From sequence record PP274704.1: 64,000 nucleotides of DNA. The stretch is one strand, 5' to 3'. Shown piece after piece: positions 1 through 11,224 of the stretch. Under the pieces are notes generated by a model. The model was not told where the DNA came from. It saw nothing but the letters and a program-made list of their open reading frames with translations, and made no database searches. Source of the DNA: Escherichia phage ECp13. The stretch's first letter is position 1, and each line of letters begins with the position of its first letter. Position numbers and translations under genes: made by a program.

Positions 1-313
1 TAGCAAAAGTTTCAAACTCTTCGGTATAAATCCAATCAGACTGCTCAAAATCTTGTGCAGCTGTAGCCACTCTAATAATGTATGATGTCAATGGGTCAGC
101 ATCGTCAAAAAAGAAGCTGTTATTTGCAGTATATCCTAAGTTAATCCAACGATATTGATCACTCGGGAGATTTTCCCCCGAGTCTGTTTTTGTCTCAGCG
201 ATTTCTACAAAATAGTAGAAATTAGCACCAACGTCATCCCAGCGTACTTGCACCTGATTTGCGGATAACTTGGAAATTCTGAGACTAGTGACTGAAGGTG
301 CTTTTACTGTCAT
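1..313 (-). CDS. 7: baseplate wedge protein gp7, N-terminal part (gene runs off window)
   Basis: Minus-strand ATG at 313 overlaps gene 6 stop; translation MTVKAPSVTSLRISKLSANQVQVRWDD matches recalled T4 gp7 N-terminus. Confidence 0.75.
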   Translation of the reverse strand, partial: MTVKAPSVTSLRISKLSANQVQVRWDDVGANFYYFVEIAETKTDSGENLPSDQYRWINLGYTANNSFFFDDADPLTSYIIRVATAAQDFEQSDWIYTEEFETFA

Positions 314-2292
314 TGTGATATAGGCTCCAAATCGATAGTTAAGTATTGTGGACGTAAGTCATTTTCAAATACAATCAGTGAACCGTCGCGAGTAAAGATA
401 ACATCATCGGTTGGGTCAGAATATAATTCAATAGTCTGAACTTCAAATTTTTCAGATGTTAAATTAATTTTAGCGATATTCCAATAAATCACATCAGCTG
501 GATAATTTATTTCACCGATAACATAGTATTTGTCGCGTCCATCAGAATTTGCTAATTTGTTAAAATCGTTGCCTGTATATGGCTGAATGTTTTCATTTTC
601 TGTAACATCGCCAGAAGCAAATGGACCAATAATAACTTTACCAATTCCTTTAGAATCTCGGTCTGTTGATACTATGCGAACGTCATATAATACATCTTCT
701 TCTAAACCAGTATCAGGATTTACAACCTTTCGTCCAGAATTAAATGAAAACGTATTAGATTCCATAGAACGGTCTTTTATTTGATTATTGTATTTAATAC
801 CTGCTTCAGGCGTTTTATAGAAGTTTTGTACTTCACGAACAATTTGAATTGTCGCTGATGAACCAATGATAGAATGATCTGCATCATCTACATATGTCAA
901 CATCTTAGATTTAGCGAAAGATGAGTTAAAAATTTCTACATCTTCGGTATAATAACGATCAATTTTATCAATTATTTGACCTTCGAGCCACTGCTCAGAT
1001 TCTTGCAGCTTATTTAAAGCATATGTGACTTTTAAATTAGTCTTAATAAAAAGATAATTAGGAGAAATAATTGATGGCGTAATAGGAGCTAAATTATAGT
1101 CTTTGAGATAATTTTTAATATCTTCGCGCTGTACAGTAGTTAAATATAGCCCTGATTTAGGTTTAGCGGCAATAAATGCATAACCAGGTTTAGTAGAATC
1201 AGTGAACGTCTGAACTGCTTGAATAATAGAACCAAATCTCTCTGAAACGAATGTATCATAATCAGTCGCAGTTACGCAGCGTTGCTGGGTTTCGCGTTTA
1301 ATAGTACCCAATTCGCGAATACGTTCAATATCTTCTGGATCGCCACCGCCATCTGCCCCAACAAAATCCGGGTCATCGTTTGGATTTTCATTAATATTGA
1401 TGACAGTTATATTTGTCAATGTATCTGCGTATGAAAATCCGACTGCGCCATTCGCATCTGCACCGTTAGTACTGATGTACTCAATAACAATCGTAGAGTT
1501 CTGGGTAGGTTTAAGACCTCCAATATAATTAGCAGTCAATGCTCCTTCTGCCGCATTAACAGAAATCTCACCTTCACCAAAATAAAACTCAGTATTTCCA
1601 TCAATAGTTTCACGCATGTAGTAAATTGTCGATGTAGAACCAGCATGAACCATTGACTTTCTTGTCCAGTTAATCCATTCTGCTCCATCAACGTATAGTT
1701 TAACTTGATTTCTATCTATATTTTTGTCATAAATGATAATAGGTGTTAATTTATCATAGATGATTTCAGTTCTTACTATACGCCCCTGGGCTAATTTTAA
1801 ACGCGGAAAATATTGGTTATTTTTATCACGAATAGCAATAACATCTTCGGTAGATACAAAGTTGTAAGGATTAACGGAAGTATCCTTTGCATATGCTAAA
1901 AAGCGAGTACCACGAGGAATAGTAATGTAATTTCTATTCAATGCGTCTGTGCAAGTTAGCATAATTTCAGTTTGAGCAGCTGATTTTGAAGTAGGTAAAT
2001 ATCCATTATCTTGTGCAGCTTGAACTACTGAACTACGCAAATTAGCAGTACGCATAAAGCTTTCGTACAAGGCAGCATTACCAAACTGCTGAATGTATAA
2101 TGTATTATAAGCCAAAAGGTCGCACAGAACGTTTAATCTTGAGCCTTCAAAATCATAATCCAAAAATTCATTTTGGCCATTAAGCCATTCAATGAGGTTT
2201 TGTTTTATTTCAGCAAATGTACCCCCGACGAATATCTCGGGAATAGCATTTGCTGTTCTTGTTAATTGATAATTTACAGGGGTATTTGCCAT
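310..2292 (-). CDS. 6: baseplate wedge protein gp6
   Basis: 660-aa ORF, same length as T4 gp6; synteny 53-5-6-7. Confidence 0.88.
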   Translation of the reverse strand: MANTPVNYQLTRTANAIPEIFVGGTFAEIKQNLIEWLNGQNEFLDYDFEGSRLNVLCDLLAYNTLYIQQFGNAALYESFMRTANLRSSVVQAAQDNGYLPTSKSAAQTEIMLTCTDALNRNYITIPRGTRFLAYAKDTSVNPYNFVSTEDVIAIRDKNNQYFPRLKLAQGRIVRTEIIYDKLTPIIIYDKNIDRNQVKLYVDGAEWINWTRKSMVHAGSTSTIYYMRETIDGNTEFYFGEGEISVNAAEGALTANYIGGLKPTQNSTIVIEYISTNGADANGAVGFSYADTLTNITVININENPNDDPDFVGADGGGDPEDIERIRELGTIKRETQQRCVTATDYDTFVSERFGSIIQAVQTFTDSTKPGYAFIAAKPKSGLYLTTVQREDIKNYLKDYNLAPITPSIISPNYLFIKTNLKVTYALNKLQESEQWLEGQIIDKIDRYYTEDVEIFNSSFAKSKMLTYVDDADHSIIGSSATIQIVREVQNFYKTPEAGIKYNNQIKDRSMESNTFSFNSGRKVVNPDTGLEEDVLYDVRIVSTDRDSKGIGKVIIGPFASGDVTENENIQPYTGNDFNKLANSDGRDKYYVIGEINYPADVIYWNIAKINLTSEKFEVQTIELYSDPTDDVIFTRDGSLIVFENDLRPQYLTIDLEPISQ

Positions 2293-2300
2293 TTTAAATC

Positions 2301-2594
2301 CTATTTAATGAATACTTTAGATGATGCCTGAGCCACAGTATCACCGCATGATATTGGATCAGCCATTTGAACAGCTTTCTTTCCAGTGACATATACCTTA
2401 GAAGTTCTAGGTTGTGTCACTCCGCCATGTGTTTCATATGGCTTTTTAATTTCTGTGTGTTCTGTAATTGGATCACCTGCTACGAGAACAGCAATTCCTC
2501 CAGTGAATACTTTACTTTGTGTAGCATTCACAACTGTTGGAGGCCATGCTTCATGGCCGGCAGTAACACACTTATCATAACTTAATCCTGACAT
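2301..2594 (-). CDS. 5.4: PAAR-like spike tip protein gp5.4
   Basis: 97-aa ORF downstream of gene 5; length and position match T4 5.4. Confidence 0.7.
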
Positions 2595-3152
2595 TTATGG
2601 CCTCTCATACACGTAGCTTCTCAATTTATTAGCCCAACGACTCCAATTTCCAACTATAGTTTTTGTGTAATTTTTAACAAGAGTTTTTCTTATTGGAGCT
2701 GGAGGATCAGTTGGTTCAGTGGTATCAGAAGATGACCTAGAATTACTGCCAGAACCTCCAGATTCACTTTGTTCTTGGTAGTCATATATTAATGTTACTT
2801 CGTAAGTGAATGTCTTCTGGAGGTTTTGAGGAGCTTTCCATAAATATAACTGAGTATTAGAATCAGTTGGAAGGCCTTCCCATGAAGCAGCAGTTTTAAA
2901 TTCATCATCTAAACGATATTTCAATGCGTCATTTCCAAATCCAAATACAGATTCATACGTTCCATATAAACGATTTTCTTCTACTAAAACCCCAGGAGTT
3001 TCTTCGTAACTAGTTATATTTATAGATACTAACGTTTCACCTGTTTCTAATTGAGCGGTAAAGGTGACGTCGATAGAAGAACCTTCCATGGATTCTCCTA
3101 AATCAGCGCTCATTGGAAGTATATTAGCCAATGTCAATCCTCGATCCATCAA
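2595..3152 (-). CDS. 5.1: gp5.1-like protein
   Basis: 185-aa ORF between genes 5 and 5.4, synteny with T4. Confidence 0.6.
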
Positions 3153-4851
3153 TTGTGTATTGACCAGATGAAATAGAACTCATAGATGCCATTTTTTCTG
3201 TCCAATCGCCACCAACGTCCCAATCAACTGTCCCAGCAACTTTCCAAGAAAGATTTCCATTTACTGTATTAGTCTGATTTCCTTCAACTAAAGTGGTAGC
3301 ATCTCCTTTAACTGTAATGTCAGCATTACCTTCAACTACAATAGTAACATTACCTTTGACTAGGATAGTTCCATTACCTTCAACCGTCTTAGTTTCATCG
3401 CCACGCACAAATATTGTATTGCTTCCATCTATTTGGTGGAGACGATTATCCATGTTGTAATAAATTTCTGATCCACCGACGTTAGTCTTTTTATCGCCAG
3501 CTACCAAAAAATTACCATCAGCATTTGTTATATCATACAAATTATCAACAGTTTTTCTTGTTCTTCTTCCTGACGGTGATACTTCCTCATATGTTCCAGT
3601 CGGATGAACTAATCTGTATCGTTCTTGCCCAGGGGTATCATCAAACTCCTGAATATGACCGCTTTCAGTTTCCATTGTATGAACATACGGATATTCGCCT
3701 TTATATGAAGAAACAGGTTCTTTAAATAAAATTCTCGAATCATTCGGAATAGGAGGGTCAGCTGGATCAGAAGACTTTGCTACAGTAGCAGCCATTGCTG
3801 ACAAAGACCTAGCCGGTGTTTTCACTTCAATACCGTATGATTCCAAATTACCCGTAAGAATAATCATGGTAACACGGGATGCACGGCCTTTTGTTTGTTG
3901 ATACCACAATGAATCACGACCAGCTTTATATGCTTTTTCCCAATCTCCGGCTAACATAGCAGTTAACATTGTGTTAAATTTAGCTACACCACCAACACCC
4001 ATCTGAAATGCCATATTTTCTAATGCCATTTGACGAGAACGATTAACTGCTTGCCAAACTGGGCCAACTTTAGAATGTGATTTAATGTCACGTTGCATAT
4101 CAGCCAAATCACGTTCAAATAAAGTTACCGCTTCTTCCATTGTAATAGAACCTGGATTTCCGGTAATTTCACGACCAACTTGTTTTGATAAAACTTTATT
4201 AATTTGAGTCATATCACGAACTGGCTGCTTCATGATAAGATGACCAATACCAATTGTCGGATATCCTTCAGTATCCCAATAAACTTTTAGTCTTAATCCT
4301 TCATCACGGCGAAGCATTTCAGCCATTGACATATTTGGATTATCATCAGTTGGAATCTCTGATAGCGGTCTATCATCGGGATTTATCGCAGTGTCTAGAT
4401 TACTGTCTTGGATAATATTAGAAGACGAATCATATCCTACTTCTCCGCCTTGGTTTAATACGTTAGTATCATTTCCTAGACGTCTAGGATACTGTCCAGT
4501 CGGGTCAGAAAATCCTTCAAGTCTATTCGGTTTTTCGCGAACTATTCCACCATACGTGCCAAGGACAATTCCGTTAGTTTTCCATTTGTCTAAAAAATGA
4601 CCATAAACTCTAGTTCCTTCTACCGGACCAGTAACGGAGCCTCCAATTCCAGACATTGCTGCAGAAGTTATAGGTTGAATAACTGACATCCATGGTAATT
4701 TATCAGTTGGAATACCCATTACATCGCCTTGTGCTCTTTGAGGTGGATGCAGACCAACTACACGAACACGAACACGACCTAATTTTAATGGGTCCATTCT
4801 ATCTTCAACAACACCAACAAACCAATTAAGGTTATTACTTATCATTTCCAT
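3124..4851 (-). CDS. 5: baseplate hub and tail lysozyme gp5
   Basis: 575 aa as in T4 gp5; internal lysozyme domain EGLRLKVYWDTEGYPTIGIGH paralogous to gene e. Confidence 0.9.
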   Translation of the reverse strand: MEMISNNLNWFVGVVEDRMDPLKLGRVRVRVVGLHPPQRAQGDVMGIPTDKLPWMSVIQPITSAAMSGIGGSVTGPVEGTRVYGHFLDKWKTNGIVLGTYGGIVREKPNRLEGFSDPTGQYPRRLGNDTNVLNQGGEVGYDSSSNIIQDSNLDTAINPDDRPLSEIPTDDNPNMSMAEMLRRDEGLRLKVYWDTEGYPTIGIGHLIMKQPVRDMTQINKVLSKQVGREITGNPGSITMEEAVTLFERDLADMQRDIKSHSKVGPVWQAVNRSRQMALENMAFQMGVGGVAKFNTMLTAMLAGDWEKAYKAGRDSLWYQQTKGRASRVTMIILTGNLESYGIEVKTPARSLSAMAATVAKSSDPADPPIPNDSRILFKEPVSSYKGEYPYVHTMETESGHIQEFDDTPGQERYRLVHPTGTYEEVSPSGRRTRKTVDNLYDITNADGNFLVAGDKKTNVGGSEIYYNMDNRLHQIDGSNTIFVRGDETKTVEGNGTILVKGNVTIVVEGNADITVKGDATTLVEGNQTNTVNGNLSWKVAGTVDWDVGGDWTEKMASMSSISSGQYTIDGSRIDIG

Positions 4852-5425
4852 AAGATTTCTCCATTATACGTATAAGGTCGTTCATAAATGAATTGATGTC
4901 TGATTTTGCTATTATTTTTATTTGACGAAGTTTTTCATTTTCAAGAACAGCAGCTTCATACGTATCGACCGCAGCAAGTGCTCCTTCATATTGAGGATAT
5001 TTTCTAGCTTTATCGCCTTTGTCATACCAAACATATGGATTATCATCATATGATACTAAATTATAAAATTTTTCACCGTTTTCATTCACATGATATACTA
5101 TTTGGTCTCCACCTACGTTTTTGTATTTTTGTATAGATGCTTGATAAGCAGCTTCTTGCGAAGTAATCCATCCATAATACGGATCATAATTATCATTACA
5201 CATCAATAAAACCCAATACAACTGTGGATTTCCATATATAGCATTTGCTAATTCTTCCGGGCGTGGTGAACCTTTAATATAATAAGTGCGTAAGCGGTAT
5301 CCCGCAAGAGCACGTTTGAAATAGTCTTTATAGTTTCTAAAAATATCTGTCATAGGAATAGTCGGCGCGTTTTTATTCACCGTTTTGGCCGCATATTCAA
5401 TCGGATCAAAAAATGTAAAGAGCAT
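4835..5425 (-). CDS. 53: baseplate wedge protein gp53
   Basis: 196 aa as in T4 gp53; divergent from gene 4 across late promoters. Confidence 0.85.
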   Translation of the reverse strand: MLFTFFDPIEYAAKTVNKNAPTIPMTDIFRNYKDYFKRALAGYRLRTYYIKGSPRPEELANAIYGNPQLYWVLLMCNDNYDPYYGWITSQEAAYQASIQKYKNVGGDQIVYHVNENGEKFYNLVSYDDNPYVWYDKGDKARKYPQYEGALAAVDTYEAAVLENEKLRQIKIIAKSDINSFMNDLIRIMEKSYGNDK

Positions 5426-5438
5426 GGGCCCTCCTGTT

Positions 5439-5446
5439 TATAAATA
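5439..5446 (+). promoter_or_regulatory. late promoter TATAAATA for gene 4
   Basis: Exact TATAAATA about 27 bp upstream of gene 4 ATG. Confidence 0.6.
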
Positions 5447-5453
5447 TATTATC

Positions 5454-5461
5454 TATTTATA
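5454..5461 (-). promoter_or_regulatory. late promoter TATAAATA for gene 53
   Basis: TATTTATA on + strand equals TATAAATA on - strand, 29 bp upstream of gene 53 start. Confidence 0.6.
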
Positions 5462-5472
5462 AGGAGAATCCA

Positions 5473-5925
5473 ATGGCATATTCTGGAAAATGGGTTCCTA
5501 AAAATATATCAAAATATAGAGGTGACCCTAAAAAAATTACGTATAGATCAAATTGGGAAAAATTCTTTTTTGAATGGTTAGATAAAAATCCAGAAATTAT
5601 TGCATGGGGTAGTGAAACAGCAGTAATTCCTTATTTTTGTAATGCAGAAGGGAAAAAACGTAGATACTTCATGGATATTTGGATGAAAGATTCTTCTGGA
5701 CAAGAATTTTTTATTGAAATAAAACCTAAAAAAGAAACACAACCACCAGTTAAACCAGCACATCTAACAACTGCAGCGAAGAAAAGATTTATGAATGAAA
5801 TTTATACATATTCCGTTAATACTGACAAATGGAAAGCAGCACAAGCTTTAGCTGAAAAGCGTGGAATAAAATTTAGAATTCTAACAGAAGATGGATTACG
5901 AGCTCTTGGCTTTAAGGGGGCATAA
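5473..5925 (+). CDS. 4: head completion protein gp4
   Basis: 150 aa; RBS AAGGAGA; synteny and length match T4 gp4. Confidence 0.85.
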   Translation: MAYSGKWVPKNISKYRGDPKKITYRSNWEKFFFEWLDKNPEIIAWGSETAVIPYFCNAEGKKRRYFMDIWMKDSSGQEFFIEIKPKKETQPPVKPAHLTTAAKKRFMNEIYTYSVNTDKWKAAQALAEKRGIKFRILTEDGLRALGFKGA

Positions 5926-6749
5926 TGGCTATTTTTCAAATAATTAATGAAAGCACTCCCCAAGTTCCAAAGGTTAAGCAATCATTAAACGAAAAGAAAT
6001 GGATTCAGATAGGTCTTGAATACAGAAAGGCCAAAGCAAAAGGAATGACAGGAAAGCAATTTGCCGAAGAAAGAGGAATCAAATACTCTACGTTTACTTC
6101 AGCAATGTCAAAATATGCTTCAGGAATTAAAACAGCTGAAAAGATTCAAAAGCTTGAATCAAAACCAATGAATAAACTCAATAAGCAAGAAAGACAACTG
6201 CTTATGATAAATTCATTCAGGCAAACATTGCGTGATAAAATTCGTAATGAAGGTGCAGCAATTAATAATAAAACCAGAAAGTGGTTTGCTGAAACTATTA
6301 AGCAAGTAAAAGGACATAAGGTTGTTCGCCCGCAGCCTGGACGAATATATGCTTTTGCTTATGATGCTAAACACAAGGAAACTCTTCCTTACTGGGATAA
6401 ATTTCCTTTGATAATTTACCTTGGTTTAGGTAAACATAATTTAATGTACGGGTTGAACTTGCACTATATTCCACCTAAAGCTCGTCAGCAATTTTTAGAA
6501 GAGCTTTTAAAGCAATATTCAAATACACCTACTATTACTAATAAAACGAAATTAAAAATTGATTGGAGTCAAGTGAAAGGATTTAGGGGTGCAGACCAAA
6601 TGATTAAGGCATATATACCCGGTAATATTATGGGTAGCCTTGTTGAAATCGCCCCGAAAGACTGGGCGAACGTTGTGTTAATGCCACTTCAGCAGTTCGT
6701 TTCAAAAGGAAAACGTTTCTCTGCAAACAAAGTCTGGTCAAATATCTAA
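5925..6749 (+). CDS. 2: DNA end protector protein gp2
   Basis: 274 aa as T4 gp2; start overlaps gene 4 stop (TAATG). Confidence 0.85.
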   Translation: MAIFQIINESTPQVPKVKQSLNEKKWIQIGLEYRKAKAKGMTGKQFAEERGIKYSTFTSAMSKYASGIKTAEKIQKLESKPMNKLNKQERQLLMINSFRQTLRDKIRNEGAAINNKTRKWFAETIKQVKGHKVVRPQPGRIYAFAYDAKHKETLPYWDKFPLIIYLGLGKHNLMYGLNLHYIPPKARQQFLEELLKQYSNTPTITNKTKLKIDWSQVKGFRGADQMIKAYIPGNIMGSLVEIAPKDWANVVLMPLQQFVSKGKRFSANKVWSNI

Positions 6750-6767
6750 TTCTATTATCTTCCATTC

Positions 6768-6814
6768 TTTTCTATTGTTTGTTCTAATTGGAATTGAATG
6801 GAAGGGACTTAGAC
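6768..6814 (+). repeat. inverted repeat CTTCCATTC / GAATGGAAG upstream of gene 3
   Basis: Perfect 9-bp inverted repeat with about 29-nt spacer in the gene 2 - gene 3 intergenic region. Confidence 0.5.
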
Positions 6815-6855
6815 CCATTATACCACCAACATTTATAAAGCATTATGAGGAATAT

Positions 6856-7386
6856 ATGTCGCAAGCATTGCAACAAATTTTTAACCAAGCAAATACAACT
6901 AACTTTGTAGTATCAATACCACATAGTAATACTACATCTGCTTTTACTTTAAATGCTCAATCAGTTCCTATTCCGGGAATTAGAATACCTGTTACTGATA
7001 CCGTGACTGGGCCGTTTGGACTAGGCAGAGCACAACGTCCAGGAGTTACATTTGAGTACGATCCACTCATCGTGAGATTTATAGTTGACGAAGAGCTTAA
7101 GTCGTGGATAGGAATGTATGAATGGATGCTAGGAACTAGTAACTATCTTACAGGCGAAAATACTGCCCAAAAAACAGGTCCTGAATACATTACGCTTTAC
7201 ATTTTAGATAATAGTAAAACTGAAATCGTGATGTCAATAAATTTTTATAAGCCTTGGGTTTCTGACCTGTCTGAAGTAGAATTTAGCTACACGGAAGATT
7301 CAGACCCAGCTTTAGTATGCACAGCAACGATTCCTTATACGTATTTTCAAGTAGAAAAAGATGGCAAAATTATAGCAGAAGTTTAA
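6856..7386 (+). CDS. 3: tail completion / sheath stabiliser gp3
   Basis: ATG at 6856 after RBS TGAGGA gives 176 aa, the T4 gp3 length; ORF-track start at 6775 is probably too early. Confidence 0.8.
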   Translation: MSQALQQIFNQANTTNFVVSIPHSNTTSAFTLNAQSVPIPGIRIPVTDTVTGPFGLGRAQRPGVTFEYDPLIVRFIVDEELKSWIGMYEWMLGTSNYLTGENTAQKTGPEYITLYILDNSKTEIVMSINFYKPWVSDLSEVEFSYTEDSDPALVCTATIPYTYFQVEKDGKIIAEV

Positions 7387-7410
7387 TGCTTCAGTTTCAT
7401 GTGTTATAAT
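7385..7410 (+). promoter_or_regulatory. middle promoter (MotA box ATGCTTCA plus TATAAT) for gene 1
   Basis: TGCTT box about 12 bp upstream of TATAAT at 7405-7410. Confidence 0.55.
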
Positions 7411-7435
7411 CTTAACTAAATTTGAGGAGAAACAT

Positions 7436-8160
7436 ATGAAACTAATCTTTTTAAGTGGTGTAAAGCGCAGTGGAAAAGATACTACTGCAGATTTTATCAT
7501 GAATAATTATTCTGCAGTTAAATATCAACTTGCTGGTCCTATTAAAGATGCATTGGCTTATGCATGGGGTGTATTTGCAGCAAACAATGATTATCCTTGC
7601 TTAACTCGTAAAGAGTTTGAAGGAATTGATTATGATCGTGAGACTAATTTAAATCTGACTAAATTAGAAGTAATTACGATTATGGAACAAGCATTTTGCT
7701 ATCTTAATAGTAAAAGCCCAATTAAAGGTGTGTTTGTTTTTGATGACGAAGGAAAAGAATCGGTTACTTTCGTAGCATTTAACAAGATTGCTGACGTTAT
7801 AAATAATATTGAAGATCAATGGTCAGTCCGTCGTCTGATGCAAGCCCTAGGTACGGATTTGATTGTTAATAACTTCGACCGCATGTATTGGGTAAAATTA
7901 TTTGCTTTAGATTATCTTGATAAATTTAACTCAGGTTATGATTATTATATCGTTCCTGATACTCGTCAAGATCATGAAATGGATGCGGCTAGGGCGATGG
8001 GTGCTACAGTAATTCATGTAGTTCGTCCTGGTCAAAAATCCAATGATATGCATATTACAGAAGCTGGATTGCCAATTCGTGATGGCGATTTAGTAATTAC
8101 AAACGATGGTTCTCTTGAAGAACTTTTTTCTAAAATTAAAAATACACTAAAGGTACTATA

Positions 8161-8161
<1 letters not shown>
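7436..8161 (+). CDS. 1: deoxynucleoside monophosphate kinase gp1
   Basis: 241 aa; P-loop GVKRSGKDT; matches T4 gp1. Confidence 0.9.
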
Positions 8162-8905
<744 letters not shown>

Positions 8906-8929
8906 ATCAAAATTAATTAGGAAAATAAA

Positions 8930-9187
8930 ATGAAAACTTTCAAAGAGTTTGCTACAAAAACCACTATCACTGAATCTTCTCACGGTATGGAAGTAAAGCT
9001 TGGAATGGCTTTAGCTGAAGCTGAGCGTCTTTTCTCTCGTATTAAAGAACTTGCTGCTGCAGTCGATCCTTCATCTTTTAAAGGAGACCAAACTAAAGTT
9101 AAAGCACTTTTAGCATTATGCTCCGATGCAGGAGAAATTGCTAAAAATGGTTCTAAGATGAAGAAACGATTAGAAGATTTAAAATAA
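8930..9187 (+). CDS. internal protein (IP) with capsid targeting sequence, ipI locus
   Basis: 85 aa; N-terminus MKTFKEFATKTTITE resembles the T4 IP targeting sequence MKTYQEF..; position after 57B. Confidence 0.65.
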   Translation: MKTFKEFATKTTITESSHGMEVKLGMALAEAERLFSRIKELAAAVDPSSFKGDQTKVKALLALCSDAGEIAKNGSKMKKRLEDLK

Positions 9188-9235
9188 TTTCACAAAGTTG
9201 TTTACATAGGGTTTTAGTTGTGATACTATTACCCT
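9176..9235 (+). repeat. direct repeat copy B (early promoter cassette)
   Basis: Near-identical to 8846-8905. Confidence 0.75.
9200..9229 (+). promoter_or_regulatory. early promoter
   Basis: -35 GTTTACA, 17-bp spacer, -10 TACTAT. Confidence 0.65.
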
Positions 9236-9257
9236 ATCAACTACCGAGGAGAATAAA

Positions 9258-9443
9258 ATGAAACGTTGTGAATTAATTCGAAATGTTGCTATTGCAATTT
9301 CTGCTTCCGCTTTTAGTTTTTCAATGTTTGTTGGATTTATATGCGGATTATTGACTACAGCAGAAAATGTGTTTTCACTTGTAGTAGCATTTTTAATTGG
9401 TTTAATTGCTATCGTTATGGATAAAATTTCTAAAGGTGAATAG
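9258..9443 (+). CDS. small hydrophobic membrane protein
   Basis: 61-aa ORF, mostly hydrophobic; RBS GAGGAG upstream. Confidence 0.45.
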   Translation: MKRCELIRNVAIAISASAFSFSMFVGFICGLLTTAENVFSLVVAFLIGLIAIVMDKISKGE

Positions 9444-9444
9444 A

Positions 9445-9825
9445 ATGTACAAAGTGTATGCGGATTATCAGGCTAATCCATCTGAAAAGCCAGGTTGTCA
9501 AATTGGATGGGCTCATGATACTTTGCTTGAAGCAGTAGATGCTGCTCAAAAATTGGGATATAAATATGTAGAGATTGTTCAACCGTCAGGAAAAGTTATT
9601 ACTCTTGAAGAGTTCAATAACATTAAACCAAACTTTTTACTTTTTGCAGGTGATAATTATTATCCTCGTGGTGGATATGCTGATTTAATAGCGAAAGCCG
9701 CTACCGAAGATGAACTCCGTGACATTATCAAAGAAAATGAAAACAAACCGATGTATGGTTCTAATCGCTTTGATTGGTGGCAAATTGTAAATGCCAATAC
9801 GCACACTATTGTTGATGAAGGTTGA
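9445..9825 (+). CDS. hypothetical protein
   Basis: ATG at 9445 two nt after preceding stop; 126 aa. Confidence 0.5.
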   Translation: MYKVYADYQANPSEKPGCQIGWAHDTLLEAVDAAQKLGYKYVEIVQPSGKVITLEEFNNIKPNFLLFAGDNYYPRGGYADLIAKAATEDELRDIIKENENKPMYGSNRFDWWQIVNANTHTIVDEG

Positions 9826-9827
9826 TA

Positions 9828-10118
9828 ATGATTCTTTATGCGAAAGTATCATCCATTGAAAATGGATATAAATATGATCAAGAAGCAGCTAAAGCCTTGA
9901 TTGATGATTATGGCGTTTTAACATATTTTGAAGTTGAAAAGGTTTACATTGGCCGTTCATCTTCTCAAGTTAAATTAGTAAAGGAAGACCGTACATTTAA
10001 TACAGTAAATTTTGATTTCTTTATTGAAACAGAAAAAGGTCCTCTTGAATATGATATTTTCAAGAATCCTTTGGGTCTTGAATGTATTAAATATACTTAC
10101 ATTAATGCAGCGTGGTGA
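9828..10118 (+). CDS. hypothetical protein
   Basis: First in-frame ATG 2 nt after preceding stop; 96 aa. Confidence 0.5.
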   Translation: MILYAKVSSIENGYKYDQEAAKALIDDYGVLTYFEVEKVYIGRSSSQVKLVKEDRTFNTVNFDFFIETEKGPLEYDIFKNPLGLECIKYTYINAAW

Positions 10119-10120
10119 AA

Positions 10121-10636
10121 ATGAATATTTGTTTAGGTACTACAATTCCGCAGGGCTACGTAATTGATGTCACTACCTGGGAAAATGATGGTGACAACTA
10201 TAAAACTAAAACACTGTTTGACGTAGAAGAGCATGAAATCTTACAATTTCAGTATCTTTTAAAGAAGTTTAAAAGCAGATATTCTAGTACTAAAATTGAG
10301 CGCTATTGTGGTAATGGTTTGTTCAGCGAGCAATCTCTTTTTATTTATGAATACTTGGTTGAAGGACTGTTCTCAGACCAGCTTTATCCAGAATTCATTA
10401 AAAAGGTCTTTCGCATAGAAGTTGATCTTGGTAATAAATCTGAAGAAGATGAAGAACGTGTATTTGACTTATTCTTTGTGAATGGTAATAAAGTGCTTGA
10501 AGGACTTATTAATATTTTAGGTAATGCTTCTGAGTATTATGATTATGATTTTTTGCGTGTAGTTGAGAGTGTTAAATACTCTTATATAGAAGAAGAAATT
10601 GTTTTGCCGACAGTTAAAATGTTTAATTTGCTTTAA
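10121..10636 (+). CDS. hypothetical protein
   Basis: 171 aa from ATG at 10121; acidic C-terminal half. Confidence 0.5.
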   Translation: MNICLGTTIPQGYVIDVTTWENDGDNYKTKTLFDVEEHEILQFQYLLKKFKSRYSSTKIERYCGNGLFSEQSLFIYEYLVEGLFSDQLYPEFIKKVFRIEVDLGNKSEEDEERVFDLFFVNGNKVLEGLINILGNASEYYDYDFLRVVESVKYSYIEEEIVLPTVKMFNLL

Positions 10637-10721
10637 GAATTATTTGTTATTATTAACTCATATCGCACTGATTAATACCCTCTATCATCAAGGGTTCTTG
10701 TTTGAGAGCCTTTGTTAATAA

Positions 10722-10781
10722 TTTTGGTAGAGCGCCTGATTTGGGATCAGGAGGTCCAAGGTTCAAATCCTTGTATGGAGA
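10722..10781 (+). tRNA. tRNA-Pro-like fragment (anticodon UGG), 5' part not foldable
   Basis: Perfect anticodon arm CCTGA/TTTGGGA/TCAGG and T-arm CAAGG/TTCAAAT/CCTTG, but no D-stem or acceptor 5' strand upstream. Confidence 0.3.
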
Positions 10782-10783
10782 CT

Positions 10784-10883
10784 GGAGGCGTGGCAGAGTG
10801 GTTTAATGCACCGGTCTTGAAAACCGGCAGTCGCTCCGGCGACTCATACTAGGTCGTAGGTTCGATCCCTACTGCCTCGACCA
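10784..10883 (+). tRNA. tRNA-Ser-like (anticodon UGA) with encoded CCA, atypically long variable region
   Basis: Acceptor GGAGGCG, anticodon arm CCGGT/CTTGAAA/ACCGG, T-arm GTAGG/TTCGATC/CCTAC, 3' ACCA; about 10 extra nt before T-stem. Confidence 0.45.
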
Positions 10884-11195
10884 AACAAGAAACCGGGTCG
10901 CTACCGGTAAGTCGTCGGACTGATGTTCCCTGGAGTATAGTTCCTCCCACAGTTTTACTGTGTTCTGGTTCTTTACTATCACAGCTGAAACGGCGCACCG
11001 AATTATCGATTCGAGGAAATATCTTTGCCGTAAGCCGAGTAGCGTTTTTGACGGAACGTTCGGATATGGTCGAGATATGGCCTTTTAAAAATATTGAGTA
11101 GCGTCAACTGCTTAATAACCGGGTTCGAATCCCGGCGTTTCGTACAAACACTTGCCTTAGCAGGTGGAACCCCGACAAGGTTGCCGCAAGGCTTA
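10884..11195 (+). ncRNA. structured non-coding region of the tRNA cluster (possible small stable RNAs)
   Basis: No ORF; multiple hairpins; tRNA-like T-arm CCGGG/TTCGAAT/CCCGG at 11119-11135 with a pairing acceptor stem; T4 encodes small stable RNAs here. Confidence 0.25.
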
Positions 11196-11222
11196 GCCCC
11201 GACCGAAAGGTTGGGGCTTTTT
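11196..11222 (+). terminator. intrinsic terminator hairpin
   Basis: CCCCGACC-GAAA-GGTTGGGG followed by CTTTTT. Confidence 0.6.
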
Positions 11223-11224
11223 AG

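Noticed and set aside
587-784. Small ORFs antisense to or nested inside large conserved genes (for example 587-784, 2367-2585, 3525-3725, 5578-5763, 11377-11616, 26151-26438, 46687-46908, 48484-48900, 52036-52854, 58771-59001)
   Set aside because: They lie entirely within well-supported genes on the opposite strand or in another frame, lack ribosome-binding sites, and have low-complexity composition typical of spurious ORFs in AT-rich DNA.
6775-6855. Extended N-terminus of gene 3 from the ORF-track start
   Set aside because: The ATG at 6856 has a good RBS and gives the 176-aa length expected for gp3; the upstream extension has no start-site support.
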